Source of the DNA: Verrucomicrobiota bacterium
Lineage (GTDB): Bacteria; Verrucomicrobiota; Verrucomicrobiia; Limisphaerales; AAA164-E04
Assembly (NCBI GenBank): GCA_047947115.1
Contig: CP170459.1
Coordinates: forward strand, 1,696,001 to 1,760,000
Direction of reading: 5' to 3'
DNA: 64,000 nt
Of the stretch, positions 52,939 through 61,970 are shown piece by piece. Under the pieces are notes generated by a model. That model saw only the letters and a list, made by a program, of their open reading frames with translations, did no database searches and was not told the origin of the DNA. The position numbers were made by a program, and so were the translations under genes. The number at the start of each line of letters is the position of its first letter. The first letter of the stretch is position 1.

Positions 52939-53523
52939 CTGGTTGATCTGAGGGTTCACGGCCTTCAACTTGCTCAAATTGGACTGCCGACCGATTTGCA
53001 TCGATTAGAACAACTCAGCTTGTTCAGTGAGAGAATAACGGAACTTAAATTGCAGGAAGGGCAAATTTCTCTAAAGCATTTTTCCTTTTATGGTGGTAAT
53101 CTCCGAGATATCACTCTTTCCAGTGATATGGTCCAGTCGCACGAACTGGAATTGACGCGTAACCGCATCGAAACGCTTGTCATACCGGAAGGTGTTGGAA
53201 TCAATACGGAGTTCCCCCCCAACGTTTTCTTGTGGGAAAATCCGATCCGGTCAGTCAAGGCTCCTGCTCAGCGGAGCAATGGAATCAATGCCAATCGAGC
53301 TTTTTTTCGAGCTGGCCGAACAGTTTTTGATCGATCAGGGAATTTTCAATTCCTTGTTTCGGGGCAGTTTGGGCCCGTTATCATAGAGAAATCTCTGGAC
53401 ATGAAAACTTGGAAAGAAGTAGGGCATTTTCAAATAACGAATCCGGGCGGCGTGCAACGCTTTCGGGAATCGAATGCTTTTGCTGATCGCAATGGGTTTT
53501 ATCGGGTGAGAATAATGCAGTGA
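52939..53523 (+). pseudogene. 5'-truncated leucine-rich-repeat protein with C-terminal SxD[LM]xxW domain
   Basis: Frame opens after a TAG with LVDLRVHGLQLAQIGLPTDLHRLEQLSL...LELTRNRIETLVIPEG (LRR pattern). Tail 'IIEKSLDMKTW...GFYRVR'. No signal peptide. Confidence 0.65.
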
Positions 53524-53532
53524 CAAAGGAAG

Positions 53533-56220
53533 ATGACAATGAAATTACAGAATACATTAATGGTGTTGCTTCTTGGGTGGGGGCTAATTCAACCGAAAGC
53601 GCAATCTGCCACATCCCAACTCTCGGTGCGACGAACGCCATCAGGCCAGGGAATAAAGCTTCATTTGGCTGATCCCGAAGCGTTTGTTCAGACTGGCGTT
53701 TGGCTTGAGTTGGAGCGTAGTACGGACCTTGTTCATTGGGAAGAATTATTGGCGGCTCCTTCCTGGGCCTTTTTGGAGGAGGGGGAGGCATTATTTGAAG
53801 AGGCGGGAGGGCAAATGGCCTTCTTTCGCCTCCGGATCAACCACAAGGTCACCGCAACCTCCTCTTCCGGTGAGGAAATTTTTGGGTTTGCGTCAAGCTT
53901 TGCAAAGGAGTTGGAGAAAGTCGGACAGTTGAGTGTTGAGGAATTTCTGGAAAGTTATAGTGATGCGGATGATCGCTTGGGTGCCATTGATTTCAATCCT
54001 GAGGAATCTGAGTTTTGGGATGAATTTAATGCGGTCCCTACGAAGCGAATGCCACCCGGCAAGGACAACGACCAGGAGCGGCGTTTGCTGGATTTTCGTT
54101 TGAACGACGTGGAATTGGCTTTGTTCAAAAGGAACGGGATGGTGGTCAGCGGTCGATTGGGGGCGCACAGCTTTGTGGACGCTTATTATGGAATCTTTAC
54201 CGAAGATTTACCGGTGTTCGTGACGGCGGATTCCATCATGCATGCCTGGCATATCTCCTATGTCGAAATGCTCAAGGAATTGGAGAATGGTTTTCTCGCC
54301 CCAAAATTAAGTGACTTTCTCAATGCCTTGCATGCTGCTCTGCCCGGAGTGGCTGCGGAGATTGATTCAGATATTCTGGGGGATAGTTTGCATGATGTGG
54401 ATTATTACCTGACGGTTGCACGCAGTTTGTTTGCCGGCTCGTTGCAGGATGATCGACTTGGGGCATCCGGAGCTAAGGCCAAACAAACTTTGGATGACAT
54501 AAAAAAAGGTTTTGTTGGACCTTATGATTTGTTCGGTCGTCAGGGAAATAATGCATGGGTGGATTTTTCCCAAATGACGGTAAGAGGTCATTATGCTTCT
54601 TCCGCAGCTTTGAGCCACTATTTTCAAGCCGCCATGTGGTGCGGTCGGATTGATTTTCGTGTTGCCGGTCCGGAGGAATTTTCCTCGCCCCGCGAGTTGG
54701 GAGCCGCCATCATTTTGAACGAATTGGTCAAACGGACCGAAACGCTCCAGCAGTGGAAGGATTTTGACGACCTTTTGAAGGTGTTCGTCGGTGTCAGTGA
54801 CTCGATGGGATTTGATCAATTGGGATTGTTGCTCGCATCAGCAGGCATTCAGGATCCGATGCAAATTGGTTCAATGGATGTGCTGAAGTCGGTGCAGGAC
54901 ACAATTCAAGCTGGGGACTTTGGGTTTCAGCAGATACTGTCACATCCTTTCGTGGCGAAACCCGGAGGAGCCTCGTTGGTACTCCCAAGGTCTTTTACCG
55001 TCTTTGGTCAAAAGTTCGTGATGGACAGCTGGGCCATGAGCCAACTCGTCTTTGATAAAGTGACCTGGGATGAAAGAAAACTTCCACGACGCCTTCCGAG
55101 TGCCCTGGACGTGGCATTCACGGTTTTCGGAAACAGGAATGCCGCTGATTTGTTGGCGGAACGTATCTTGCGAGAGGAAGGCGTGCCGTTTCGGGATGGA
55201 TACCCCATCCAGCATCACCTGAGTTCTCTGCATGAGGTGTTCCATCAAATGCCTGACGCTTCTTGGCAGGAAAGTTTCTATACAGGATGGCTGAAAGCTT
55301 TGAGAGAATTATCTTCAGGAACTGGATCCGATTCTGGTTACATTCCGCAAGCCTTCCGGACGAAGGCATGGGGAAATCGTGTGATGAATACCCAGTTGGC
55401 TTCCTGGACGGAATTACGTCACGACACGGTTCTCTATGCCAAGCAATCTTCCTCACCGCCTCTGTTGTGCAGCTTTCCCTACAGTTATGTGGAGCCAAGG
55501 CCACGCTTCTGGAAAGTGATGAAGGCATTGTGTGGTTCGGCTGCGCAGAAACTGAACGAAGTCGATGCATCAGGCAGAGTTCAGATTGCAACTCAATGGG
55601 GTGGATTTGAATGGAAGAGCGTTCGTGAAATCGTTGAGAAACAAATGAATCATCTGAAAAAGTTTGAATCAACCATGCAAGCTTTGCTCGATATTGCCGA
55701 TAAACAGGATGCTCAGGAAGATTTGTCCGATGATGAAATCAGTTTTTTGAAAAACATGGTTGAAATTATTTCCGATTACGTCGGACAACGCACCTATAGC
55801 GGATGGTATCCCAAGTTGTTTTATCCTTCCGAGGGCAATTCCTGGGGCGGAACATTACCCACCGGTCATGCTTCCGATGCATGGGATCCGGTTGTGACTG
55901 ATGTTCACACTGATTTCCCTGACCAGATTCACGGAGATCCGGGCACCGTCCTGCTGGAAGGAGTTGGTAATGTCGCGATGATGTTGGTCGCGATTGATTG
56001 TGAAGACGGGGAATCCAGAGTCTATGCCGGTCCCACCTACACGCATTATGAATTCACGTCGGGCGCAGGTAAATTCGATCGCATGACTGACGAACAATGG
56101 AAACAAAAAGTTAAGGCCAACGATCTGCCGCCCCAGCCCGAATGGACTGAGGACTTCTTTGTCCCGGGAGAATTACGTCTTCCCTCTTGGGCCACTGAGG
56201 CGGATCCTTTTCCGTTTTGA
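53533..56220 (+). CDS. DUF3160 domain secreted protein
   Basis: 'PVFVTADSIMHAWH', 'DFSQMTVRGHY', 'FGQKFVMDS', 'NTQLASWTELRHDTVLYAKQ', 'YVEP', 'RMTDEQW'. Confidence 0.88.
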   Translation: MTMKLQNTLMVLLLGWGLIQPKAQSATSQLSVRRTPSGQGIKLHLADPEAFVQTGVWLELERSTDLVHWEELLAAPSWAFLEEGEALFEEAGGQMAFFRLRINHKVTATSSSGEEIFGFASSFAKELEKVGQLSVEEFLESYSDADDRLGAIDFNPEESEFWDEFNAVPTKRMPPGKDNDQERRLLDFRLNDVELALFKRNGMVVSGRLGAHSFVDAYYGIFTEDLPVFVTADSIMHAWHISYVEMLKELENGFLAPKLSDFLNALHAALPGVAAEIDSDILGDSLHDVDYYLTVARSLFAGSLQDDRLGASGAKAKQTLDDIKKGFVGPYDLFGRQGNNAWVDFSQMTVRGHYASSAALSHYFQAAMWCGRIDFRVAGPEEFSSPRELGAAIILNELVKRTETLQQWKDFDDLLKVFVGVSDSMGFDQLGLLLASAGIQDPMQIGSMDVLKSVQDTIQAGDFGFQQILSHPFVAKPGGASLVLPRSFTVFGQKFVMDSWAMSQLVFDKVTWDERKLPRRLPSALDVAFTVFGNRNAADLLAERILREEGVPFRDGYPIQHHLSSLHEVFHQMPDASWQESFYTGWLKALRELSSGTGSDSGYIPQAFRTKAWGNRVMNTQLASWTELRHDTVLYAKQSSSPPLLCSFPYSYVEPRPRFWKVMKALCGSAAQKLNEVDASGRVQIATQWGGFEWKSVREIVEKQMNHLKKFESTMQALLDIADKQDAQEDLSDDEISFLKNMVEIISDYVGQRTYSGWYPKLFYPSEGNSWGGTLPTGHASDAWDPVVTDVHTDFPDQIHGDPGTVLLEGVGNVAMMLVAIDCEDGESRVYAGPTYTHYEFTSGAGKFDRMTDEQWKQKVKANDLPPQPEWTEDFFVPGELRLPSWATEADPFPF

Positions 56221-56457
56221 ACCGCAGATTATGCCGATTTTCGCAGATTTGGGTAACAGGTGTGAGGTGATCATTCAGTTATCAAGTCACATTGCTGCTG
56301 AGTGGACTTACCCCAGGTTACAAGAAGAAGCAGATGAAATAAATACACACCTTTCACTCAATCGCTGGGATTTGCTTAATGATGATCGCTTTTGCATGCC
56401 TCCGAAGTGATCTTCATACCTTTATATATCTGTGGGAATCTGAGAAATCTGTGGTTT
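56219..56457. repeat. Nonamer-repeat foldback element
   Basis: Left arm aaccgcagattatgccgattttcgcagatt; right arm atctgtgggaatctgagaaatctgtggtt. Confidence 0.65.
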
Positions 56458-56549
56458 AAAGCCTCTTTTCTCACCGTGAAGATCTTAGGGGAGGGATGTC
56501 TCGTTTTGCTTTGCCCGTTTGAAGGAAGGTGGGCAGAATACCGGCCTTT

Positions 56550-58613
56550 ATGGCAAAGGAATACCAGCTCAAGCGTGACAATGTAGTCAAATCCGATGTG
56601 GACCTGAGGATTGATTATCGTGGTGAACTGAATGATCAACAGTATGCCGCGGTGACCTCTCCCAAGGGGCCGGCGTTGGTGATTGCCGGCGCTGGGGCAG
56701 GGAAGACGCGCACGCTTACCTACCGTGTTGCTTATCTGTTGGAGCAGGGGATTCCCGCCGATCGTATCCTGCTGCTGACCTTCACCAACAAGGCGGCCCG
56801 TGAGATGATGCAACGGGTGGGAGACTTGTTGGGGAACGATGCCTATGTTCCGTGGGGGGGGACGTTTCACTCCATCGGCGCACGCATGTTGCGGCGTCAT
56901 TGCGAGTTGATCGGGTACAAGCAGGATTTCACCATCATGGATCGCGAGGACGCGGTGGATTTGTTGAGTACATGCATCGGGGAATCCAAGATTGACATCA
57001 AAGCCACCCGCTTTCCCAAAGCCAAGGTGTTGGCCGACATCATTTCTTTAGTCGTCAACAAGCAATGCAGCATGGAGGCGCTCCTTGAGAGACAGTTTCC
57101 TTATTTTGCTCATTTGGAAGATGAGATGTCCAAGATTCTGAAGTTGTATCAAGAGCGCAAACGGTCGAACAACATGATGGATTTTGACGATTTGCTGGTG
57201 CGTTGGCTATACTTGTTGCGATCGAATGCAGAGGTTCTCGAGCAGTATCAAAGGCAGTTCCAGTTTGTGTTGGTGGATGAGTATCAGGATACCAACCGAA
57301 TCCAGAGCGATCTGGTGGATCTCATCGGGGCGAGGCATCAGAATGTGATGGTGGTGGGGGATGATTCGCAAAGCATCTATTCCTGGCGTGGGGCGCATTT
57401 TGCCAACATCTTCGAGTTTCCCAAGCGGTATGGCGATGCCAAGGTTCACAAGATTGAGGTCAATTATCGGAGCACACCGGAGATTCTACACTTCGCCAAC
57501 GCGGTGATTCGGGCCAATACCAATCAATTCGCCAAGCAATTGGAACCTGCCCGTAAGTCCGGGATGGAACCTCTGGTGGTGGTCACCAATGACGCTCATG
57601 AACAGGCCATGTTCGTGGCGCAAAGGGCGCTGGAACTCCGGGATGAAGGCATTGAATTAAATGAAATGGCCATTCTCTATCGTTCGCATTTCCACGCCAT
57701 GGAGCTGCAGATGGAACTGACCAGCCGTAACATCCCGTTTTCCATCACCAGTGGCATCCGCTTTTTCGAGCAGGCGCATATCAAGGATGTGACGGCCTAC
57801 ATCAAATTGTTGGTCAACTCAGCGGATGAATTGTCTTTCAAACGTATCGTGAAACTCATGCCGGGCGTGGGAGCCAAAGGGGCAGATAAGCTGTGGGGCT
57901 TGTTCCAGATGGGGATCGCAAAGGCAGAACCTCCCGCGCAGGAACTGCCTCCAGAAGATCCCGGGGCGGAACCGGACTGGACACCATTTGCTTCACTTGT
58001 TCCAGGGCTGGAAGCATGCGCCCCCAAAGTGCCCAAGAAAACAAAGGAGCCCTGGGATCAGTTTCATGCAACCATCGAGCAGATGGAGGATCCGGAGATT
58101 CGGACGAGTGTTCCGAAGATGATTCGTCATGTGCTGGATGCGGGGTATGAGGACTATCTGCAGTCTGAATATTCCAATTACAAAAATCGACAGGAAGATC
58201 TGGAGCAGTTGGCCGTCTACGCCGAGCAGTTCGAAACCCCTGAAGCTTTCCTGACCCAATTGGCATTGGAAACCGATATGGATCCGGGCAAAAAGCAGGA
58301 GGTGGCCGATGATGAAGAACGCATCCGCTTGTCAACCATCCATCAAGCCAAGGGATTGGAGTTTAAAGTGGTGTTCGTCATCATGCTCTGTGAAGGATTG
58401 TTCCCGTCAGAACGATCAACCAACGATCCCGAATCCGAAGAAGAGGAGCGACGCTTGTTTTATGTCGCTTCGACTCGCGCCATGGACGAGCTTTATCTTT
58501 GTTATCCGCTGATGAGGTTTGCTCAACGGGGGAGCGGAGATCTTTATCAGACGCCGTCGCGGTTTATCACCGAGTTGCCTGCTGATGTTTACGAAGAGCT
58601 TAGGGTTAGGTGA
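56550..58613 (+). CDS. UvrD/PcrA/Rep family ATP-dependent DNA helicase
   Basis: 'AGAGAGKT', 'LLTFTNKAA', 'GTFHS', 'VDEYQDTN', 'VGDDSQSIYSWRGA', 'NYRST', 'STIHQAKGLEF', 'EERRLFYVASTRA'. Confidence 0.96.
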   Translation: MAKEYQLKRDNVVKSDVDLRIDYRGELNDQQYAAVTSPKGPALVIAGAGAGKTRTLTYRVAYLLEQGIPADRILLLTFTNKAAREMMQRVGDLLGNDAYVPWGGTFHSIGARMLRRHCELIGYKQDFTIMDREDAVDLLSTCIGESKIDIKATRFPKAKVLADIISLVVNKQCSMEALLERQFPYFAHLEDEMSKILKLYQERKRSNNMMDFDDLLVRWLYLLRSNAEVLEQYQRQFQFVLVDEYQDTNRIQSDLVDLIGARHQNVMVVGDDSQSIYSWRGAHFANIFEFPKRYGDAKVHKIEVNYRSTPEILHFANAVIRANTNQFAKQLEPARKSGMEPLVVVTNDAHEQAMFVAQRALELRDEGIELNEMAILYRSHFHAMELQMELTSRNIPFSITSGIRFFEQAHIKDVTAYIKLLVNSADELSFKRIVKLMPGVGAKGADKLWGLFQMGIAKAEPPAQELPPEDPGAEPDWTPFASLVPGLEACAPKVPKKTKEPWDQFHATIEQMEDPEIRTSVPKMIRHVLDAGYEDYLQSEYSNYKNRQEDLEQLAVYAEQFETPEAFLTQLALETDMDPGKKQEVADDEERIRLSTIHQAKGLEFKVVFVIMLCEGLFPSERSTNDPESEEEERRLFYVASTRAMDELYLCYPLMRFAQRGSGDLYQTPSRFITELPADVYEELRVR

Positions 58614-58635
58614 CTTTAAGTTTGGGAGTGTTCTG

Positions 58636-58860
58636 CCACCTTCTGGCGAAGGCCGCTACGTGGATGCTTTTGTCAGAAAGTGTAGGTACAGGTAGATCGT
58701 GACGTCGCGTCGCGTTCCTTGTGGCGTCCATAAACTGATCTGCCCTTGTTTTGGGAAGCCTTTGATATTCGCGCGCCACGCATTCGTATCGCTGTTGTTT
58801 GAGGTAAATCGAGACGATATTGTTTGCCCAAACAGCCACATTCTTGCGAATGCGGCTACG
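58636..58860. repeat. Degenerate copy of the ~187-bp REP mosaic unit
   Basis: Contains ccaccttctggcgaaggccgctac, gtagatcgtgacgtc.cgtcgcgttccttgtggcgtccata and ccacattcttgcgaatgcggctac. Confidence 0.8.
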
Positions 58861-58889
58861 GGGCTGCGCTTTTGAAAGCGCGGCAGGGA

Positions 58890-59270
58890 TCAGTCCCATC
58901 CGATTCGTTCGATGGTTTTTACTAGGTCAAAGTGTTTGTCGTTGCTGAGGACGGGAAGTTGATGTTGTTTTGCGAGCGCAGCGATCCAGATGTCATTTTC
59001 CGGAATGGGAGTTCCTGCTTTTTTGAGTTGGTGTCGGATAGCAGCGTAGGATCGTGTCGTTGTTTCGGTGACGTCAAGAATGCTACAGAAATTCATGAAT
59101 GCTTCGAACTGAGGTTCCACTTCTTTTTTAAGTCGCGAACCTCGCAGTCCAAATCGGTATTCACCTACCACGATGACGGGTAAGTAGATCCCCGTGACAT
59201 CATTGAGCAAATTAACGATGCCTGGATTTCCTTCCAAAAAATCAGAAAGCCCGTTGGTATCCAGAATCAT
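58890..59270 (-). CDS. vapC: VapC PIN-domain toxin
   Basis: 'MILDTN', 'VVGEYRFG', 'GTPIPENDIWIAA', 'LSNDKHF'. Confidence 0.93.
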   Translation of the reverse strand: MILDTNGLSDFLEGNPGIVNLLNDVTGIYLPVIVVGEYRFGLRGSRLKKEVEPQFEAFMNFCSILDVTETTTRSYAAIRHQLKKAGTPIPENDIWIAALAKQHQLPVLSNDKHFDLVKTIERIGWD

Positions 59271-59521
59271 TTCCAGGATTCCTCATCGATGCGCCCACAT
59301 TCAGATTCAATGCGCTCGAGGATTTTTTTGGTTTCGGTTCGGTGGTTTTTCAGGATACCAGCAAATTTCATCCAGGGTTTCTCCATGGACGCTTTTTGGT
59401 TCATTTTTAACTTTTCTTCGATCGCTGCGTTGATGAAAGCTCCCATCGTTTGGCCTTGTTTTGCGGCTGATATTTTCACATCGCGCAGCAAGGCGTCGGG
59501 AACTTCAAGTGTTGTTTTCAT
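59267..59521 (-). CDS. vapB: VapB-like ribbon-helix-helix antitoxin
   Basis: 'MKTTLEVPDALLRDVKISAAKQG.TM..FI..AIEEKL'. ATGA overlap with vapC. Confidence 0.88.
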   Translation of the reverse strand: MKTTLEVPDALLRDVKISAAKQGQTMGAFINAAIEEKLKMNQKASMEKPWMKFAGILKNHRTETKKILERIESECGRIDEESWK

Positions 59522-59533
59522 TGTGTTTATTCT

Positions 59534-59556
59534 TACCCATATTTATGGGTAGTCAA
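59534..59556 (-). promoter_or_regulatory. vapBC operator/promoter
   Basis: tacccata-tt-tatgggta perfect palindrome adjacent to minus-strand TTGACT. Confidence 0.75.
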
Positions 59557-59584
59557 GGATGTTTCGATTCATGTTGGGGGGGCG

Positions 59585-60568
59585 TCACCTTCTGGCGAAG
59601 GCGGCTACGGGAATAGCCAGAAGGGTAGATCGTGACGTCTCGTCGCGCTCCTTGTGGCCTCCATAAGCTTGATCTGCCCGTTGTTTTGGGAAGCCGTTGA
59701 TATTCACGCTCGATGTATTCGTGTCACTGTTGATTTTGGAAGGATCAAGGTTGTCCTACGCGCCTGCGCGGCCACCTTCTGGCGAAGGCGGCTACGGGGA
59801 ATGGCCAGAAAGGTAGATCGTGACGTCTCGTCGCGTTCCTTGTGGCGTCCATAGGCTGATCTGCCCGTTGTTTTGGGGAGCCTTTGATATTCACGCTCGA
59901 TGTATTCGTGTCACTGTCGATTTTGGAAGGATCAAGGTTGTCCTGCGCGCCTGCGCGGCCACCTTCTTGCGAATGCGGCTACGGGGAATGGCCAGAAAGG
60001 TAGATCGTGACGTCCCGTCGCGTTCCTTGTGGCGTCCATAGGCTGATCTGCCCGTTGTTTTGGGGAGCCGTTGATATTCACGCTCGATGTATTCGTGTCA
60101 CTGTTGATTTTGGAAGGATCAAGGTTGTCCTACGCGCCTGCGCGGCCACCTTCTTGCGAAGGCGGCTACGGGGAATGGCCAGAAAGGTAGATCGTGACGT
60201 CTCGTCGCGTTCCTTGTGGCGTCCATAGGCTGATCTGCCTGTTGTTGTGGGAAGCCGTTGATATTCACGCTCGATGTATTCTTGTCACTGTTGATTTTGG
60301 AAGGATCAAGGTTGTCCTACGCGCCTGCGCGGCCACCTTCTGGCGAAGGCGGCTACGGGAATAGCCAGAAGGGTAGATCGTGACGTCTCGTCGCGCTCCT
60401 TGTGGCGTCCATAAGCTGATCTGCCCGTTGTTTTGGGAAGCCGTTGATATTCACGTTCGATGTATTCGTGTCACTGTTGATTTTGGAAGGATCAAGGTTG
60501 TCCTACGCGCCTGCGCGGCCACCTTCTGGCGAAGGCGGCTACGGGGCCACCTTTTTGCGAAGGCGGGT
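59585..60568. repeat. Tandem array of five ~187-bp REP-mosaic (BIME-like) units
   Basis: GTAGATCGTGACGTC anchor at 59625, 59813, 60000, 60187 and 60373. Each unit also carries CCACCTTCT(G/T)GCGAA(G/T)GCGGCTAC. Units are near-identical. Confidence 0.95.
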
Positions 60569-60639
60569 GCTTTGTGGCTTGATCATATGGGGGGATGTCG
60601 GTTTGCTTGGGTGGTATCGAACCCGGTCTACTACGATTT

Positions 60640-61860
60640 ATGATAACCATTGATTCATTCTATTGGCGAGTTTCTCTGACTCTGTTGTCCCTTACCGCAT
60701 TCCTTGCCTTGCACGCTGAGCCTGTTCATCAATCACAGCTTATTTTTCCATTGGAATCCTGGCACAATCATGGTTCGTGCATTGTTGAGGCTTCGAATGG
60801 GGATTTGATTGTCTGTTGGTTTCATGGTTCCGGAGAGCGAAAAGCGGATGACGTGATGATTCTGGGGGCTCGCAAAGTCAAGGGATCCGAAACATGGAGC
60901 CAGCCTTTTGTCATGGCGGATACTCCTGAGTTTCCGGACACCAATTGTTGTATGATCATTGATCCTCAGGATCGCTTGTGGTTGCTGTGGCCGACGATCC
61001 AGGCGAATCTTTGGGAGTCCGCGTTGATGAAATACAAGATTGCTTCGGATTACATGCAAAAGGATGGCCCGCCGGAATGGGAAACGGAGAAGGTCTTGCA
61101 CATCAAACCGGGTGAGGGATTCGAGGATGAAGTGCGCCAAAAGACGGCTGAGTATATGAGTCACATGGAGTTGACTCCTGGGATGATTGATTGGGCGTAT
61201 CATAATTTCCAGCAGGCGGATGACAAGCTGACACGGAGGTTGGGATGGTTCACGCGGGCGCATCCTTTTATTTCAGATGGTTCGAGAATGTTGGTTGGTC
61301 TGTATTCGGACGGGTTTTCATTTTCGTTGGTGGCCTATACAGATGACTGGGGTAAATCTTGGCGTTTCAGTGAGCCCATTGTTGGCGGGGGAAATATCCA
61401 ACCAAGTTTTGCGAGGAAACAGGACGGCACTCTTGTGACCTACATGCGTGACAATGGGCCTGCGCCGAAGCGCGTTCATGTTTCCGAGTCCGCCGACAAT
61501 GGGGTGTCATGGTCCAAGGTTTATGATCACCCCCAGCTTGTGAATCCCGGAGCAGGGTTGGAGCTGATGACATTGAAGGATGGACGGTTTTTGACCATTT
61601 ACAATGACACGGAAAGCGGACGTCACCAGTTGGCGGTTTCGATTTCGGATGACGGAGGGAAAAGTTATAAGTGGACGCGACATTTGGAGAAGCGCGAGCC
61701 TGGCGAAGGTTCTTTCCATTATCCGTCCATCATTCAGGGGAAGGATGGGATACTTCACTGTACCTACAGCTATTTCGGTCCCGGCGAGTTGAATGGCGGG
61801 GAGGGGAAATCCATCAAGTATGCGAGATTCAATCTGGATTGGGTGTTGGCGGGGGATTAA
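60640..61860 (+). CDS. Sialidase-family (BNR/Asp-box) protein
   Basis: Signal peptide, 'HNHGSCIVE', 'WFHGSGE', Asp-boxes TDDWGKSW, SADNGVSW, SDDGGKSY; 'IQP', 'YPSIIQ'. Confidence 0.9.
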   Translation: MITIDSFYWRVSLTLLSLTAFLALHAEPVHQSQLIFPLESWHNHGSCIVEASNGDLIVCWFHGSGERKADDVMILGARKVKGSETWSQPFVMADTPEFPDTNCCMIIDPQDRLWLLWPTIQANLWESALMKYKIASDYMQKDGPPEWETEKVLHIKPGEGFEDEVRQKTAEYMSHMELTPGMIDWAYHNFQQADDKLTRRLGWFTRAHPFISDGSRMLVGLYSDGFSFSLVAYTDDWGKSWRFSEPIVGGGNIQPSFARKQDGTLVTYMRDNGPAPKRVHVSESADNGVSWSKVYDHPQLVNPGAGLELMTLKDGRFLTIYNDTESGRHQLAVSISDDGGKSYKWTRHLEKREPGEGSFHYPSIIQGKDGILHCTYSYFGPGELNGGEGKSIKYARFNLDWVLAGD

Positions 61861-61970
61861 TACTCACGCCCACTCGCTTTTGCTCGTTAGAGGCGCGGAG
61901 ACGCTGAGATTTTAGATCTGAGATCCGGGGTTGATGGCACGGGGTGTGCTGCTTTCTGACTCTTTAAAAT

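Noticed and set aside
59585..60568. CRISPR array
   Set aside because: Sequences between the palindromes are near-identical rather than unique spacers, the period is ~187 bp, and there are no cas genes.
59654..60643. Repeated 66-87 aa ORFs in the array
   Set aside because: By-products of the tandem repeat. The unit length varies (186-188 bp) and does not preserve frame.
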